Assembly: GCF_009914755.1 (NCBI RefSeq)
Contig: NC_060926.1
Source of the DNA: the human T2T-CHM13v2.0 reference genome, Homo sapiens
Length of the DNA stretch: 64,000 nt
Reading direction: 5' to 3' (one strand)
The translations under genes were made by a program, and so were the position numbers. This document shows, in pieces, positions 63,640 through 64,000 of this stretch. The number at the start of each line of letters is the position of its first letter. Within the stretch, counting starts at the first letter, position 1. The notes under the pieces are model-generated. The model did no database searches, was not told the origin of the DNA, and saw only the letters and a list, made by a program, of their open reading frames with translations.

Positions 63640-63724
63640 TTAAATACTTTGTCAGTATCTGAAAAGTGCAAAGTACTGTGCTTGGCTCCCCAAAGGCTCC
63701 TCTTAATCCTGAAAGGCAGGTGCT

Positions 63725-63850
63725 TTTATTATCTTTTATCTTATTATCTACATTTTCCAGATGAGGAAACGTAGGTACAGAGGTTTAGTAACTTGCCCAG
63801 GTCACATAGCCAGTAAGTGGCAGAGCTGGGATTTGAACCCCAGTACCCTA
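63725..63850 (-). mobile_element. MIR SINE fragment
   Basis: cattttccagatgaggaaac...aacttgcccaggtcacatagccagtaagtggcagagctgggatttgaaccc is the MIR core. Confidence 0.8.
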
Positions 63851-64000
63851 TCTCCAGCGAATCTGAGATGTACATGTGATAAATTTAATCTTTCTCAATA
63901 AATTATTAAGTGTCAAAGCAAGTGGTATGGGCAATGCACCAGGATTAAGAAAAACAGTGTGTGGTAAAGATGTAAAATATTTCTAATTCTGTTGTGGGCT

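Overview
Human genomic DNA carrying the 3' two-thirds of the mismatch-repair gene MSH2 on the + strand: the end of intron 6, coding exons 7-16 (about residues 359-934, including the ABC-type ATPase domain), the 3' UTR and about 6 kb of downstream sequence. All ten exons have GT-AG boundaries and splice into one open frame. I see no coding lesion against the MSH2 protein as I remember it. The introns are very repeat-rich: roughly 55-60 Alu copies or fragments (mostly antisense), a full-length antisense SVA in intron 7, a near-full-length dead HSMAR2 mariner in intron 8, THE1, MSTA and MER4-type solo LTRs, MER82, MER20 and L1 fragments. Almost all other ORFs in the track are repeat artefacts. 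I find no convincing undescribed biological system. The most notable structures are a perfect 79-bp tandem duplication with a 14-bp-arm palindrome in each copy (intron 6), a 450-bp TA/TG/CA quasi-palindromic repeat in intron 7 that may hold the breakpoint of the known exon 1-7 inversion (recalled, needs checking), the antisense SVA, and latent splice signals in intron 14. Exon coordinates were counted base by base. Repeat boundaries and subfamilies are approximate, read by eye.
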